A program made the position numbers and the translations under genes. This document shows positions 38,088 through 49,994 of a stretch of 64,000 nt of DNA, piece after piece. Each line of letters starts with the position of its first letter. Position 1 is the first letter of the stretch. The notes beneath the pieces were generated by a model. It was not told the origin of the DNA and ran no database searches. It worked only from the letters and a program-made list of their open reading frames with translations. This DNA is from Octopus vulgaris (taxonomy: Eukaryota). Location of the stretch: positions 58,466,001-58,530,000 of the forward strand of contig OX597823.1 in NCBI GenBank assembly GCA_951406725.2, in the 5' to 3' direction.

Positions 38088-38380
38088 GCAATGTGGAAAG
38101 TGTTTATAAGCCATTTAAAAAACACAAAAACCGTTAGATTCACTTCAAAAATTTAATTTGTGTCAAAATATTTTCATTGCTTTGGAACCGCAACCTGTTC
38201 ACTGACAAAATTTTGTGTTGCAGTCATTCATTTAATCGTCTAGCACAAAATTTTGTCTGTGAACAGGTTGCGGTTCCAAAGCGTCGAAAATATTTTGACA
38301 CAAATTAAATTTAAATGTTGAAGTGAATCTAACGGTTTTTGTGTTTTTTTTTCAATGGCTTACAAACACCTTTCATGCTG
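38088..38380. repeat. ~290-bp palindrome, probably inverted Penelope-like terminal repeats
   Basis: ~130-bp inverted arms around a 20-nt spacer; each arm carries a hammerhead-like motif. Confidence 0.9.
38161..38207 (-). ncRNA. Minimal type I hammerhead motif with G3:C8 swapped core
   Basis: TGTCA-GTGAACA-G-GTTGC-loop-GCAAT-GAAA-ATAT-T-T-TGACA: 5-bp stem I, 5-bp stem II, palindromic stem III. Second copy on + at 38254-38300. Confidence 0.6.
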
Positions 38381-38384
38381 CAAT

Positions 38385-38622
38385 TGTATGTATATGTATA
38401 TATATATATATGTATATGTATATGTATATATATATATATGTATATGTATATGTATATATGTATGTGTATATGTATATGTGTATATGTATGTGTATATGTA
38501 TATGTGTATATGTATATGTGTATATGTATATATGTATATGTGTATATGTATATGTATATATGTATATGTATATATGTATATGTATATATATGTATATGTA
38601 TATATATGTATATATATATATG
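38385..38622. repeat. (ATATGT)n-type compound microsatellite
   Basis: Directly visible; a similar tract at 40050-40348 flanks the other side of the LINE. Confidence 0.95.
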
Positions 38623-38625
38623 TAA

Positions 38626-39432
38626 ACACCTTCAGGTAGATGGCCCTGCTCGATCTGTAGAAAAGGTGTAGGTAGAAACTCTATAAGATGCACCAAGTGT
38701 AAGCTATGGACACATAAGAGATGCAGCAATGTCAAAGGAAGGCTAACTAGGAAGATGGTTTTTGTATGTGGCAGATGCTCAGGAACAATAAACACTGAAA
38801 ATGCTCTGAGACCAACTTCCGTCACTTTCCAGGGAGAAAAACTAGAAATAGTTGATAGTTTCCGTTACCTAGGTGACCAAGTCAGCAGCGGGGGCGGGTG
38901 TGCTGAAAGTGTAACTGCTAGAGTAAGAATAGCTTGGGCAAAGTTCAGAGAGCTCTTACCTCTGCTGGTGACAAAAGGCCTCTCGCACAGAGTGAAAGGC
39001 AGACTGTATGATGCGTGTGTACGAACAGCCATGCTACATGGCAGTGAAACATGGGCCGTGACTGCTGAGGATATGCGTAAGCTCGCTAGAAATGAAGCCA
39101 GTATGCTCCGATGGATGTGTAATGCCGGTACTCACACTCTGCAGAGTGTAAGTACCTTGAGAGAAAAGCTGGACCTAAGAAGCATCAGTTGTGGTGTGCA
39201 AGAGAGACGTTTGCGCTGGTATGGTCATGTGGTGAGAATGGATGAAGATAGTTGTGTGAAAAAGTGCCACACCCTAGCGGTTGAGGGAACCTGTGGAAGA
39301 GGCAGACCCAGGAAAACCTGGGACGAGGTGGTGAAGCACGACCTTCGAACTTTAGGTCTCACTGAGGAAATGACTAGAGACCGAGACCTCTGGAAGTGTG
39401 CTGTGCGCGAGAAGACCTGGCAGGACAAGTGA
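38626..39432 (+). CDS. RTE-clade LINE ORF, C-terminal part (PHD-type finger plus RT C-terminal/thumb region), 5'-truncated
   Basis: Frame open from 38626: [27 protein letters not shown]...FVCGRC, then [46 protein letters not shown]. Confidence 0.9.
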   Translation, partial: TPSGRWPCSICRKGVGRNSIRCTKCKLWTHKRCSNVKGRLTRKMVFVCGRCSGTINTENALRPTSVTFQGEKLEIVDSFRYLGDQVSSGGGCAESVTARVRIAWAKFRELLPLLVTKGLSHRVKGRLYDACVRTAMLHGSETWAVTAEDMRKLARNEASMLRWMCNAGTHTLQSVSTLREKLDLRSISCGVQERRLRWYGHVVRMDEDSCVKKCHTLAVEGTCGRGRPRKTWDEVVKHDLRTLGLTEEMTRDRDLWKCAVREKTWQDK

Positions 39433-40049
39433 GTCCACAACCCGTGGCCTTCTACATGGGATGGAGCCAGCCTACGTATGCATACCTTCCCTTCTTGGGA
39501 CACAAAACTCTACTTGTGAAGACGTGTTGAGGCAAGTGAGGATCAGAATCGAAATCGATCAATGGAAATTGCGGATGTGCTACCAGTGCCGGTGGCATGT
39601 CGAAACTCTGCTTGTGAAGACCCATTGAGGCAAGTGAGGATCAGAATCGAAATCGATCAATGGAAATCGATCAATGGAAATTGCAGATGTGTTACCAGTG
39701 CCGGTGGCATGTAAGAGAACTTTCCGTTTCGCGACCGTTGCCAGCACCGCCCCGTTTCGTGTCCGTTGCCAGCCTTGCCTGGCCCTCGTGCCGGTGGCAC
39801 ATAAAAAGCACCATCCGTTCGTGGCCGTTTGCCAGCTCTGTCTGGCACCAGTGCGGGTGGCACGTAAAAAGCACCCACTACACTCACGGAGTGGTTGGCG
39901 TTAGGAAGGGCATCCAGCCGTAGAAACACTGCCAGATTTGACTGGGCCTGATGAAGCCTTCTGGCTTCACAGACCCCAGCAGAACCGTCCAACCCATGCT
40001 AGCATGGAAAACGGACGCTAAATGATGATGATGATGATGATGATGATGA
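38626..40049 (+). mobile_element. 5'-truncated RTE LINE with internally repetitive 3'UTR and (GAT)n tail
   Basis: ORF as above; UTR has duplicated GAGGCAAGTGAGGATCAGAATCGAAATCGATCAATGG and repeated GTGCCGGTGGCA-GTAA units; ends in (ATG)n. Confidence 0.95.
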
Positions 40050-41579
40050 TATGTATATATATGTATATGTATATATATATATGTATATATATATATGTAT
40101 ATATATATATGTATATATATATATGTATATATGTATATATGTATATGTATATGTATATTTATATATGTATATGTATGTATATATATATATGTATGTATAT
40201 ATATGTGTATATATGTATGTGTATATATGTATGTGTATATATGTATATGTATATATGTATATGTATGTATATATGTATATGTATGTATATATGTATATAT
40301 ATATATGTATATATATATGTATATATATTTATATATATTTATATATATGCACACGTGTGTGTCTTTGTGTTTATGTCATTGTAACCTAGCAGTTCAGCAA
40401 ATGACGTGAAGTCTTGGCATTGATTCACTCAGAAGAATTCTTGAAGGCAGTGCTCTAGCATGGCCACAGTCCAATAACTGAAACAATAAAAAAATCTCCT
40501 GTTCATTTATAGGAATGTCTATTTCCCATGCTAGCATGGGTTAGATGATGCATCGCTGTTCAAGTTGGTACTTAGCTGGACTTACTGATCTCTTGGATGG
40601 GCCAGAAGACAATGTTTCTTCACATGGATGTAATATTTTTAGCATGGGTTCAACAACTGGTAGCTCTTTCCTTATGATACCAACTCCATTGTAGAGTGTA
40701 ACCAGTGCATTTTATCTGAGTGCCAGCACTAAAGATGTCATGCCCTCAGCAAAACTAGAGTCTGCTTGACCCTATGTCATCTCGGCTCAACTTGCCAACC
40801 ACTTTACATAATGTACTGCATGCATTTTATCATGGTACCAGCATTAGTAAGGTTACTTTGTAACTCATATGACAGAAGAACCCCACCAGTGTGTGGTGCT
40901 AAGTGATTATACACACAAATACACATAATCATACTCATGCATATATACACACTGATAATTATTAGTGCAATTGATGGCATTATTTTAGTGCCTCTTTTTT
41001 GTCATATGTCTTCATCTAAAACCATAATTATCTCTCAGTGAATTGTCTGAAATATTTACAATAGTAAAAAAAAAACAACACATTTTTTTTAAAATACAGC
41101 TATTATTTATGGCTGTTTGGAATTTAAAAATAAAAGGAGTGAAAGCTAAAACATGAAATGAACTCTTCTAGTAGGCTTGGAATATTTCTTTTATTTATAT
41201 ATTTATCTACTGCTTTTGCGCTATCTTTTGGCAGCAAAAATGGCCCCTTTTCATTTTCTTTGTTTTAAAATGTTTAGAGTTCCAATATTGATGCCTGAAA
41301 TTGTAACCTGACCAGTGCTAAGTTATCTAGCTTACTGTATTTGAAATGCCCTAATTTATGTGTGTGTGTGTATTGGATAGGTAGATATGAATAATGTTGT
41401 TAGTGTGCTAAATTTAATATTGTTTTGCTGTTTCTAATTTTCTGTGTTTCAACTGTCACTAAAGATATTGTTCTCACTATTTTTTTGTTCATATATGTTA
41501 TATGTTCTATATAATGTGTATATACACACCTGCATACACAGACACACGTGTGTGTATGTATGTATATATATATATATAT

Positions 41580-41586
41580 ATATGAA

Positions 41587-41640
<54 letters not shown>

Positions 41641-41720
41641 TGTGTGTGTGTATATATATATGTATATGAATGTGTGTGTGTATATATATATGTATATGAA
41701 TGTGTGTGTGTATATATATG
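41580..41720. repeat. Higher-order (TA)n-GAA-(TG)n repeat, four units
   Basis: TATATGAATGTGTGTGTG recurs four times. Confidence 0.85.
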
Positions 41721-42069
41721 TATGTATGTGTTTATATTTGTTTTTCCTGTTAGGTGAGGAAGAAGAAATAGAGATGTGTACTCTTTGGTAGCACATATGC
41801 TGAAATTGTTTTTTTCTTTTTACAAATTACTTTTTTGGGTTTTATGCAAAAAGAAATATTTTTCTGAAATATCTTTTCTTTTAAAAAAATCCAAAAATAT
41901 TTGCTGGTTTTATTTATGTTTTTGTATTTTGCACCATCTTATTCTTTGTGCCTTAAATTTATTGAATTTGAAGTATTTAGACATATACAGATAAAATGCA
42001 TGCCTAACCCTTTGGCATTCGGAACACTCTGTCAACTGTGATGCTTATTTCACATTGTTTTGAATTTGG

Positions 42070-42890
42070 TGCCATGTTAAATACAACAAGTGCTAGTGCT
42101 CTGTAAGATGCCCCGGTGCGGGTGCTATGTAAAATGCACTGTTGCTGGTGCTTTGTAAAATGTACTGGTGCTGTGTAACATGCACTGGTGTTGGTGCTGT
42201 GTAACATGCACTGGTGTTGGTGCTTTGTAAGATGCACTGACACTGGTGCTGCGTAAGATGCACGGGTGCTGGTGTTTTATAAAATGCACTGGTGCTGGTG
42301 CTATGTAAAATGCACTGGTGCTGTGTAAAATGCACTGGCACTGGTGCTGTGTAAAATGCACTGGCACTGGTGCTATGTAAAATGCACTGGTGCTGGTGCT
42401 ATGTAAAATACACTAGTGCTGGTGCTATGTAAAATGCACTGGTGCTGGTGCTTTGTAAAACTGCACTGGTGCTGGTGCTATGTAAAACCACACTGGCGCT
42501 TCCTATTTAAAATGTACAGGTGCTTCCTGTATAAAATGTACAGGTGCTTCCTGTATAAAATGTACTGGTGCTTGTACTACATAAAATGTAAAATACACTA
42601 GTGCTGGTGCTATATAAAATGCACTGGTGCTGGTGCTATGTAAAACTGCTGGTGCTATGTAAAACCACACTGGCGCTTCCTATATAAAATGTACAGGTGC
42701 TTCCTGTATAAAATGTACTGGTGCTTGTACTACATAAAATGTGCTGGTGCTATGTAAAATGCACTGGTTCTGGTGCTACGTAAAATGCACTGCTGCTCAT
42801 GCAATGTAAAATGCACTGGTGGTAGTGTCGTGTAAAATGCACCAGTGGTGACACCAGTTAAGAAGCACTGGTACCATGTAAAATGCACCC
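42070..42890 (+). repeat. Degenerate ~20-26-bp minisatellite (TGCTGGTGCTATGTAAAATGCACTGG)
   Basis: Many tandem units with a higher-order duplication (about 42475-42590 and 42650-42740); runs directly into an RTE 3' end. Confidence 0.92.
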
Positions 42891-43043
42891 AGTACACTCT
42901 GTAAAGTGGTTGCTACCAGGGAGGGCATCCAGCCATAGAAACCAGGCCAAAACAGACAATGGAGTCTGGTGTGGCTCTCTGGCCTTACTAGCTCCTGTGA
43001 AACTGTCCAACCCATGTCTGCATGGAAAACTGATGATGATGAT
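42880..43043 (+). mobile_element. RTE 3' end; with the minisatellite it splits a piggyBac-type MITE (42008-42066 and 43044-43130)
   Basis: GGGCATCCAGCCATAGAAAC ... CCAACCCATG ... GATGATGATG; MITE body resumes at TCTTATAGCTTTGAGATTTC. Confidence 0.75.
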
Positions 43044-43812
43044 GTCTTATAGCTTTGAGATTTCAATGATGTGATTGTTTAGTTTTAGAAGAATATTGTA
43101 AGGTAATTCTAAGACGCCAAGTTTGGCCTGATGCTTTTTTTTTTATTTTTGCCATGAGAAACTTATTGGTAATGATTGTTGCTAACGAGCCTCAGGTCAG
43201 CCAGGATTGAGCTGACCTTCTAATTAAAGGTGTTCTGACAGTGACCGTCTGGTCTGTTTAATTTCTTCAGTCATTGTGTACCTAGAACTGGGTTATCAAA
43301 TCGGACCTTCCCCCATTTTTAATAGGGTGAAGTGCAATTCAAGAGTAATGTTTCTGTTATGTCTAGCAAGTCAGGCAGCTATACTCCATCATGACACCAC
43401 AAATATTTGATGATTCCTCCGAAATATAAAAACAAATTTAATGTCAATTTTAAGTTCCAATAACGTATGCACTTTTAATATATTAAATATGAGTAAAAAA
43501 ATGCTTGAGAGTGAAGCTATTATTTTCTTGAGAAGAAAAGTTTTTTAGTTGAAAAGTTGGAATTTTAAATTCACTGAAAAAGATAACTTAATCAATAACA
43601 GCACTTTAAATTCATGATATTAGGTAAAAATACAGCAAATATGAAGTTTGATAATCTCAAGTTTGTGAGATCTTGGAGATTGATGTTTATTAGAAAATGG
43701 TTTTTGATTTCAGGCATTAACTTAGCTTCAGTTTAGTTTTTAAAGTTTTTTTTACTTGTTTTTGTAATATCCAGTCATTTTATTTTCTGTAGTAAGAACA
43801 CTAAAACGGCAA

Positions 43813-44002
43813 TCATCATCATCATCAAAATTAAACGTCCGTTTTTCCATGCTGGCATAGGGTGGATGTTTTGACAGGAGCTGGTATGGTCAAGGGGTTG
43901 CACTAGGCTCCATTATCTGTTTTGGCATAGCTTCTATGACAGGATGTCCTTCCTAACACTAGCTACTTTATAGAGTGTACTGGGTGCTTTTTACATGGCA
44001 CT
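43813..44002 (-). mobile_element. RTE 3' end
   Basis: (CAT)n followed by reverse-complement UTR motifs. Confidence 0.75.
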
Positions 44003-44344
44003 GAGAATGGTAATGGAGGCTCTCTAACCAATATATTTGGATTTGTGTATTTAGTCTCAATTGTATCGCATCACCTCATCATGGTTCGTTTTTGAATATA
44101 ATTTTATCAGATTCCTCATTTTGTGTTGCATATAATTCTTCTTGGTTCTTCATACCCACTTCCTACAGGTCTGCAAGCTATGGCATGAGTTAATCCAGAT
44201 GGCAATCTCGTTTCTTTCAAATCATAGAAATCTAATTGAAATTGCAGGCCAATGTTTTCAAATGCTTAAAACAGCGATAAAGCTAAACCTTATCAGTTAA
44301 CTCAAATTTATTTAACCAATATAACTGGGATATATATTTTCTGG

Positions 44345-44740
44345 CTTTTATCTTTTATTTCTTTCAGTCATTAGACTGTGGCCATGCTGGGGCACCACCT
44401 TCAGGAATTTTAGTTGAACTAATCAACCCCAATACTTATTTTCTTTTTCAACCTGGTACTTATTCTGTTGGTCACTTTTGTTGAACTGCTAAGTTACAAG
44501 GACGTAAACACACCAACACTAGTTGTCAGGCGGTGGGTGTGCTTGGGGGGGGGGGACAAACACATAAAGATACACAGACACAATGGGCTTCTTTCAGTTT
44601 CTGTCTAGCAAATCCGCTCACAAGGCTTTGGTCAGCCTGAGGCTATAGTAGAAGACACTTGCCCAAAGTGCCATGCAGTGGGAATGAACATGGAACCAAG
44701 TGGTTTGGGAAGCAAAGCTACTTACCATACAACTATGCTG
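44345..44740 (-). mobile_element. SINE family A
   Basis: Reverse complement of family A along its whole length. Confidence 0.85.
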
Positions 44741-44813
44741 TGTTTACAGCTCCATTATTGAGGATCAACAAATATAGTACACCACCCAATGAAAGATAAA
44801 TATCATTTAATAT

Positions 44814-44933
44814 ACACAATTACAAAAGAGCTGCTAATAGTTTCATGAAGTTGGCCTGGCAGATTGCTTGGAAATACATAGCATCTTACATATATCTGCT
44901 ATGGAACTATTAGTAGCTCATTTGTAATTGTGT
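44814..44933. repeat. Inverted repeat with 33-bp arms
   Basis: ACACAATTACAAAAGAGCTGCTAATAGTTTCAT / ATGGAACTATTAGTAGCTCATTTGTAATTGTGT. Confidence 0.8.
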
Positions 44934-44938
44934 GTTTG

Positions 44939-44969
<31 letters not shown>

Positions 44970-45012
44970 AAAATTAAATAATAAGGGTAGAAATTGATAT
45001 TAATCAATTTAA

Positions 45013-45318
45013 CCCCTTACTCTGCAGAAACGAATATATGCGTTTTGACCGAAATCGTTTTTTTCTATCTCTGGCGAGTTAACTCGTCAAAAGATAGACT
45101 CGCCAAAATTGACAGCAAACGAGTTCCTTCGTCTAAAAACGGGTTAACTCGTTTCTGCCCAAAGCGGTAATTTAAAATCAATATTATTGAATTAAAATTC
45201 ATAACAAATAAGGTTTGAAATATACCTCGAAATCACCATTCAAAACAGTAAGATAAAACAATTAAAAAATATGTCTGAAAAAATACATTTATTTTCAAAA
45301 TAATTGTTGGGTAAGGGG
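45013..45318. mobile_element. piggyBac-type MITE (distinct family, CpG-rich)
   Basis: TTAA|CCCCTTAC ... GTAAGGGG|TTAA; internal CGAGTT/AACTCG repeats. Confidence 0.8.
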
Positions 45319-45372
45319 TTAAACCAGTGACTTAACATATTTTAAAAAATCCAAAGATTAAAAATTGTGTTA

Positions 45373-45641
45373 CATACAAAATTCAGAGGACTGACCACTA
45401 AAGTGGACAGCCTATATGCTAAACATAGATGTCAAATTGTCAGTACCATGAAGAATGTGTTCTCAAGAAAAATCTCAGCAAAAAAAAAAACAAAATGTAA
45501 AAATCATTGCTTATTTTTACATTTTGTTTTTTTTGCTGAGATTTTCATTGAGACCACAGTCTTCGCGGTAATGGTGATTTGACTTCTATGTTTAGCATAT
45601 AGGCTGTCCACTTTAGTGGTCAGTCCTCTGAAGATTGTATG
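45373..45641. repeat. ~270-bp palindrome
   Basis: ~130-bp inverted arms with a short loop; ORFs 45367+ and 45504- share FRGLTTKVDSLYAKHR because of the symmetry. Confidence 0.9.
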
Positions 45642-45645
45642 TGTA

Positions 45646-45689
<44 letters not shown>

Positions 45690-45755
45690 CAAATTAGCCT
45701 GTTAGGAAATCTCTGTAAGAGATGGAAATAGTAACTATGCAGAGAAGTAATCTTC

Positions 45756-46005
45756 ATCACCACATGAACATGGCTGTTCGATAGGAACTGACATTACTGC
45801 TGTTTTTAACCCCAGGAGGACACCTCTTCATGCTGGTTATTTGATTCAATCTGCACCTGGTGTATATTGCAAGCAGGCGAGCAAACCCTTGCAATATATA
45901 TATCAGGTGCAGATTGCATCGAGTAACCTGCTGGAGGAGGCATCCTCCTGGGGTTAAAAGATAGTAACATTGGTTCCTACCGAACAGCTATCTTCAAGTA
46001 GTGAT
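45756..46005. repeat. ~250-bp diverged palindrome
   Basis: TTTTAACCCCAGGAGGA / TCCTCCTGGGGTTAAAA, CAATCTGCACCTG / CAGGTGCAGATTG, TATTGCAAG / CTTGCAATA. Confidence 0.85.
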
Positions 46006-46345
46006 AAACATTATTTATATAAACCCCACTTTCTGCTAACCAGAACTTATTTGCTGGTTCCAGCTAGTAAACTGTAGCCAAGCTAGATGTATGCCTATAT
46101 CGTACATACATATATTGTGCATGCTTTAACAAAAATAAGAAAATTTCTACTTGATTTATTTATTAAATCTCAGGAATTCAGTAGCTTTCAACTATCAAAA
46201 GCTAGAATATGTGGCAGAAATGCTGTTTGCTATTATATTTCCAGAGGTATATAATAACATAAAAGAAACAAATTTAGATGAAGTAGCACTGCTTCTTCTT
46301 TTTCTCCTTCTCTCTCTCTCTCTCTCTCTCTCTTTTCCCCCTCAG

Positions 46346-46387
46346 CAAAGTGTCAGTCAGTCTTCCTCAGAGTATACTTCATTATGA
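46346..46387 (+). CDS. Candidate terminal exon (QSVSQSSSEYTSL* in phase 0)
   Basis: Long CT tract plus TTTTCCCCCTCAG acceptor; the peptide ends in a class I PDZ-ligand-like T-S-L; followed by repeat-poor UTR-like DNA. Frame is not anchored to any upstream exon. Confidence 0.25.
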   Translation, partial: QSVSQSSSEYTSL

Positions 46388-47756
46388 TTGTGTTAAGTTA
46401 GAAATATAACGTTAGCCTCGATGTAACCTCAGTTGATAGACTCTTTCATTGAAATACTATCGTTGAGAATCTATTTGGACCATTGAATTAAAGAATGACA
46501 ACAGACCTTGTTAAATGGATTGATTTTTACCACAGGCTAAATTGATTGACTTCACCATTCTTTTCTGAAAGTCTTATAAAATTTCTTCAGTAAGTAGCCA
46601 TGCATAAATCAAAGAAAGATTGTCGCCATCAGTAAGGTTTCTTCTGCAGGCCATATGTACGCCTCTTGACCTTTTTTTTTTATATGTATAAATATGTGGG
46701 TGTGTATATGTGTTTTGCCCATGGCGGCAGTTTTTGTAACAATGTCAAGTTTTGTTAATAGTGTGGAGGCCGACAAGTCAACATATGTATTGTGAGTTTT
46801 TCATTAAATGATTCAGATGTTACAATGATATAGAGTGGCTAAGTTGTCCTCAGTTGTTGGTTTGAAAGTTGTTAGTTCACAGCTCAGTGCCGTTGTTGTG
46901 CTTTTGCACCTACTTGAAGACCTAGGCCCAACCTTTACCATTTTTCTCACTTGAGTGCCAGCATAAGTATAACAAGAAATACATTTTGAGAATGGTAGTT
47001 GTGGAAAATCTAATCTGTTCATTAACAAATGAATTAATTAGAAGGACCAATGTACAGCTGGTTATTATTGTGCAGTGTATATTTTGTTTGTCTACATTGG
47101 ACATGAGCAACAATTTTTGAGGAGTGGGCCACCTTTGACATACTTCATCATCAAGTGGGTTGCAGCACTAAAAAAAATTAAAGGAAATTTTTTACTAGGT
47201 GTACAATAAATCTCCAGCACCATCTGTTTACCTGCGTTAGTAGAGAGATGACTTAAATATCTTAAATGTTATTAGTCAATGTTGCATTTCATCCTTCTGG
47301 TGTAGCTACAGCTGAATATCCATCAAACCTAGAGCACAACATCCCTCAAGTGGCTTGTGCCAGTAGGAAGGAACCAGTACTTAGCTATGAAGAGGTAATG
47401 GTGGGGTTATCCATAATCTTTGCAGGCCCTCTAAGATATCATCAACCAGATGAACTGAGAATGGAGAATTAAATCTTAGACTGCCCTAGTATCAATAAAC
47501 CACTTAGTAAAACATATCAGTAGAGCATGTTAACATTCAGAAGAGTCTATATAGGTACCAGTTATATCAGTTGGTCTGTTCAATAAACTGTACATGCATC
47601 ACAACTTATAGGGATTCAGTGGGTGAGTTTCATGCATTGGTGCTTTTCTTAGCCCTCAAGTTAGTGTGACTTCTGGTTATTAATAATGTGTGTGTTTTGA
47701 GTTCTGTTTTCCTATTTGCATCACCAAACTTATTTACAATAATAGTAATAAGAATA

Positions 47757-47990
47757 GTGGAGGCACATGGTGTTGGACTCATGATCGTAAGATTGTGGTT
47801 TCGATTCCTGGACCAGGTGACATGTTGTTCTCTTGAGCAAAATACTTCATTTCATGTTGCACCTGTCCATTCAGCTGGCAAAATGAGTAATCTTGTGACA
47901 GACCAGCATCCCGTCCAGATGGGGAAGCTATACGCCATGAAACCAGGAAACCGCCCCTTATGAGTTAGTATGATTCAAGAAAGTAACTTT
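47757..47990 (+). mobile_element. SINE family C
   Basis: GGTTTCGATTCC B box and CTTGAGCAAAATACTTCATTTCA core. Confidence 0.75.
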
Positions 47991-47997
47991 AATAATG

Positions 47998-48625
47998 ATC
48001 CTTTCTACTAAAGGCACAAGGCCTGCAATCTTAGGGGAAGTGATAGTCAATTAACAATGACCCCACTGCTCAACTGATACTTACTTTATTAACTCTGAAA
48101 GCATGAATAGCAAAATCGACTTTGGCAGAGTCTAAACTCAGAGCATAAAGGCAGGCAAAAAGAGCTAAATGTTTTGCCCAGCGTAATAATGATTCTGCCA
48201 AATCACCTCCTGAATAGTTTTAATAATGATAATAATGGTTTCAAATTTTTGCCACAAGGGCAGCTTGATGGAGGTGGGGATGAGTTGATCCCCTCTCCCC
48301 CAGTGTTCAACTGGTACTTATTTTATTGTCCCTGCCAAGAGGATGAAGAACAAAGTTGACCTCGGTAGAACCTGAAATACTGCTAAGCATTTTGTCCAGC
48401 GTACTAAGCATTTCTGCCAGCTCACTGCCTAATAATAATGATAATAATAATGGTTTCAAATTTTGGGGAAGCCCCCCAATCCTTCCCAAGTACTCAACTG
48501 CTACTTATTTATCAACCTCGAAAGGATGAAGGACAAAATCAGCCTCAACTGAATTTGAACTCAGAACATTAAGCCAGATGAAATGCCACTAAGCATTTTC
48601 CCCAGTGTGCTAACAATTCTGCTAG
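47998..48625 (-). mobile_element. Three tandem SINE family B copies separated by (AAT)n
   Basis: Repeated CTCAACTG-TACTTA ... GATGAA ... AAGCATTTT blocks; the first two junctions carry (AAT)n-GGTTTCAAATTTT. Confidence 0.7.
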
Positions 48626-48944
48626 CTATAAACATAAATGCATACATTCAGACACACTTTGACCTGCTATATATCAGTTTGTCCATAAGACTGGGTGAAA
48701 ATGTTCATAATTGTATCAGTAGTGTAATAAGGTTTAATGAGTCGAAGGTTTTTAATATTTATATAGTCTTCCATTTATACAGTCATATATATATATATGC
48801 ACACAGGAATAGTGCCCATGAGACATTCAGCATGCATTCTCTGCAATATTAACTAATGCACTAATAGGTGCATAACTGTGAATTTGCTGTAGCCTGCAAG
48901 CAGCATAGGAATATATGAATATGTTAACTATAGAATTTATTTTC

Positions 48945-48990
<46 letters not shown>

Positions 48991-49199
48991 TCAGTTTTTT
49001 TGTTCACCCTACATACAAAGGTGAAAAATTTTCCCTTGCTCAAATTATTTATTCCTAGGCAGATGTTCTCCTCCCCTTCTTTCGTATGAGAAACATTGCG
49101 AACCTGTGTATTGTTGACTTAACCTCTGCAGAAATCGCAGACATCATTAAATTGGAATCCCTCGGGATAGCTCTTGGCAACAAGCACATCCTTATACGC

Positions 49200-49235
<36 letters not shown>

Positions 49236-49639
49236 TTGTATGCATATATGTGGGAGTGAGTTTGTTCACACCTTTTCATTTTATTTCAAACTGTCCCTCA
49301 AAATTCCGCATCTTCAACATATGCTAATATCAGTAAATTTGTGTGCGAAGAGTATTGGTATGTTTGTGAGACTTCCATTTGTTTTTTATTGTACTTTTTG
49401 TTACTACCTGGTTAATGTGTCCTTCACACACACACGCACTCATGTAATATGTGTGTGCATCAGTGTATATTTATGTGTGTATGTATGTATGTGTATATAT
49501 CTAATGCAGACACACACACACACACACACATATCGAAATTGAGAGGAAGGTTGTTCCCAAACTTAAAGGCAATTGGCTGTATCTAAAATTGAGGTATCTT
49601 GGCCAATCTGCTTATATATATATATATATATATATTTAT

Positions 49640-49935
49640 AGTGAAGGCACATGGCACAGTGGTTAGAGCATATAGCTTATGATTGTGAGGTTTGTGAGTT
49701 TGAATCCCAGACCTGGCTGCGTGTTGTGTTCTCCAGTTAGCTGTAGAAATGAGTTGCGACATCACAGCTGCCAAGCTATCGGTCTTTGCCTTTCCCTTGG
49801 CCAACACTGGTGGCGTGGAGAAGGGTGGCTGGTATGCATGGGTGACTACTGGTCTTCCATAAACAACCTTGCCTGGGAGGGTTATTTTCTAGGTGCTATC
49901 CCATGGTCATTCATGACTGAAGGGGGTCTCACCAT
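49640..49935 (+). mobile_element. tRNA-head SINE (family C-related)
   Basis: TGGCACAGTGGTTAGAGCA A box and GAGTTTGAATCCC B box. Confidence 0.75.
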
Positions 49936-49959
49936 CATATATACTTATATGTATGTGTG

Positions 49960-49994
<35 letters not shown>

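Noticed and set aside
39945-39975. CTGATGAAGCC...GGCTTCA in the RTE tail
   Set aside because: Hairpin present, but no GAAA or stem III follows; not a hammerhead.
42070-42890. Regularly spaced repeats resembling a CRISPR array or a His/Cys-rich protein
   Set aside because: Units are contiguous with no unique spacers, there are no cas genes, and the context is eukaryotic; it is a minisatellite.
49640-49720. tRNA-like A and B boxes, also in other SINE heads
   Set aside because: No complete cloverleaf or T-run terminator; the sequence continues into a SINE body.
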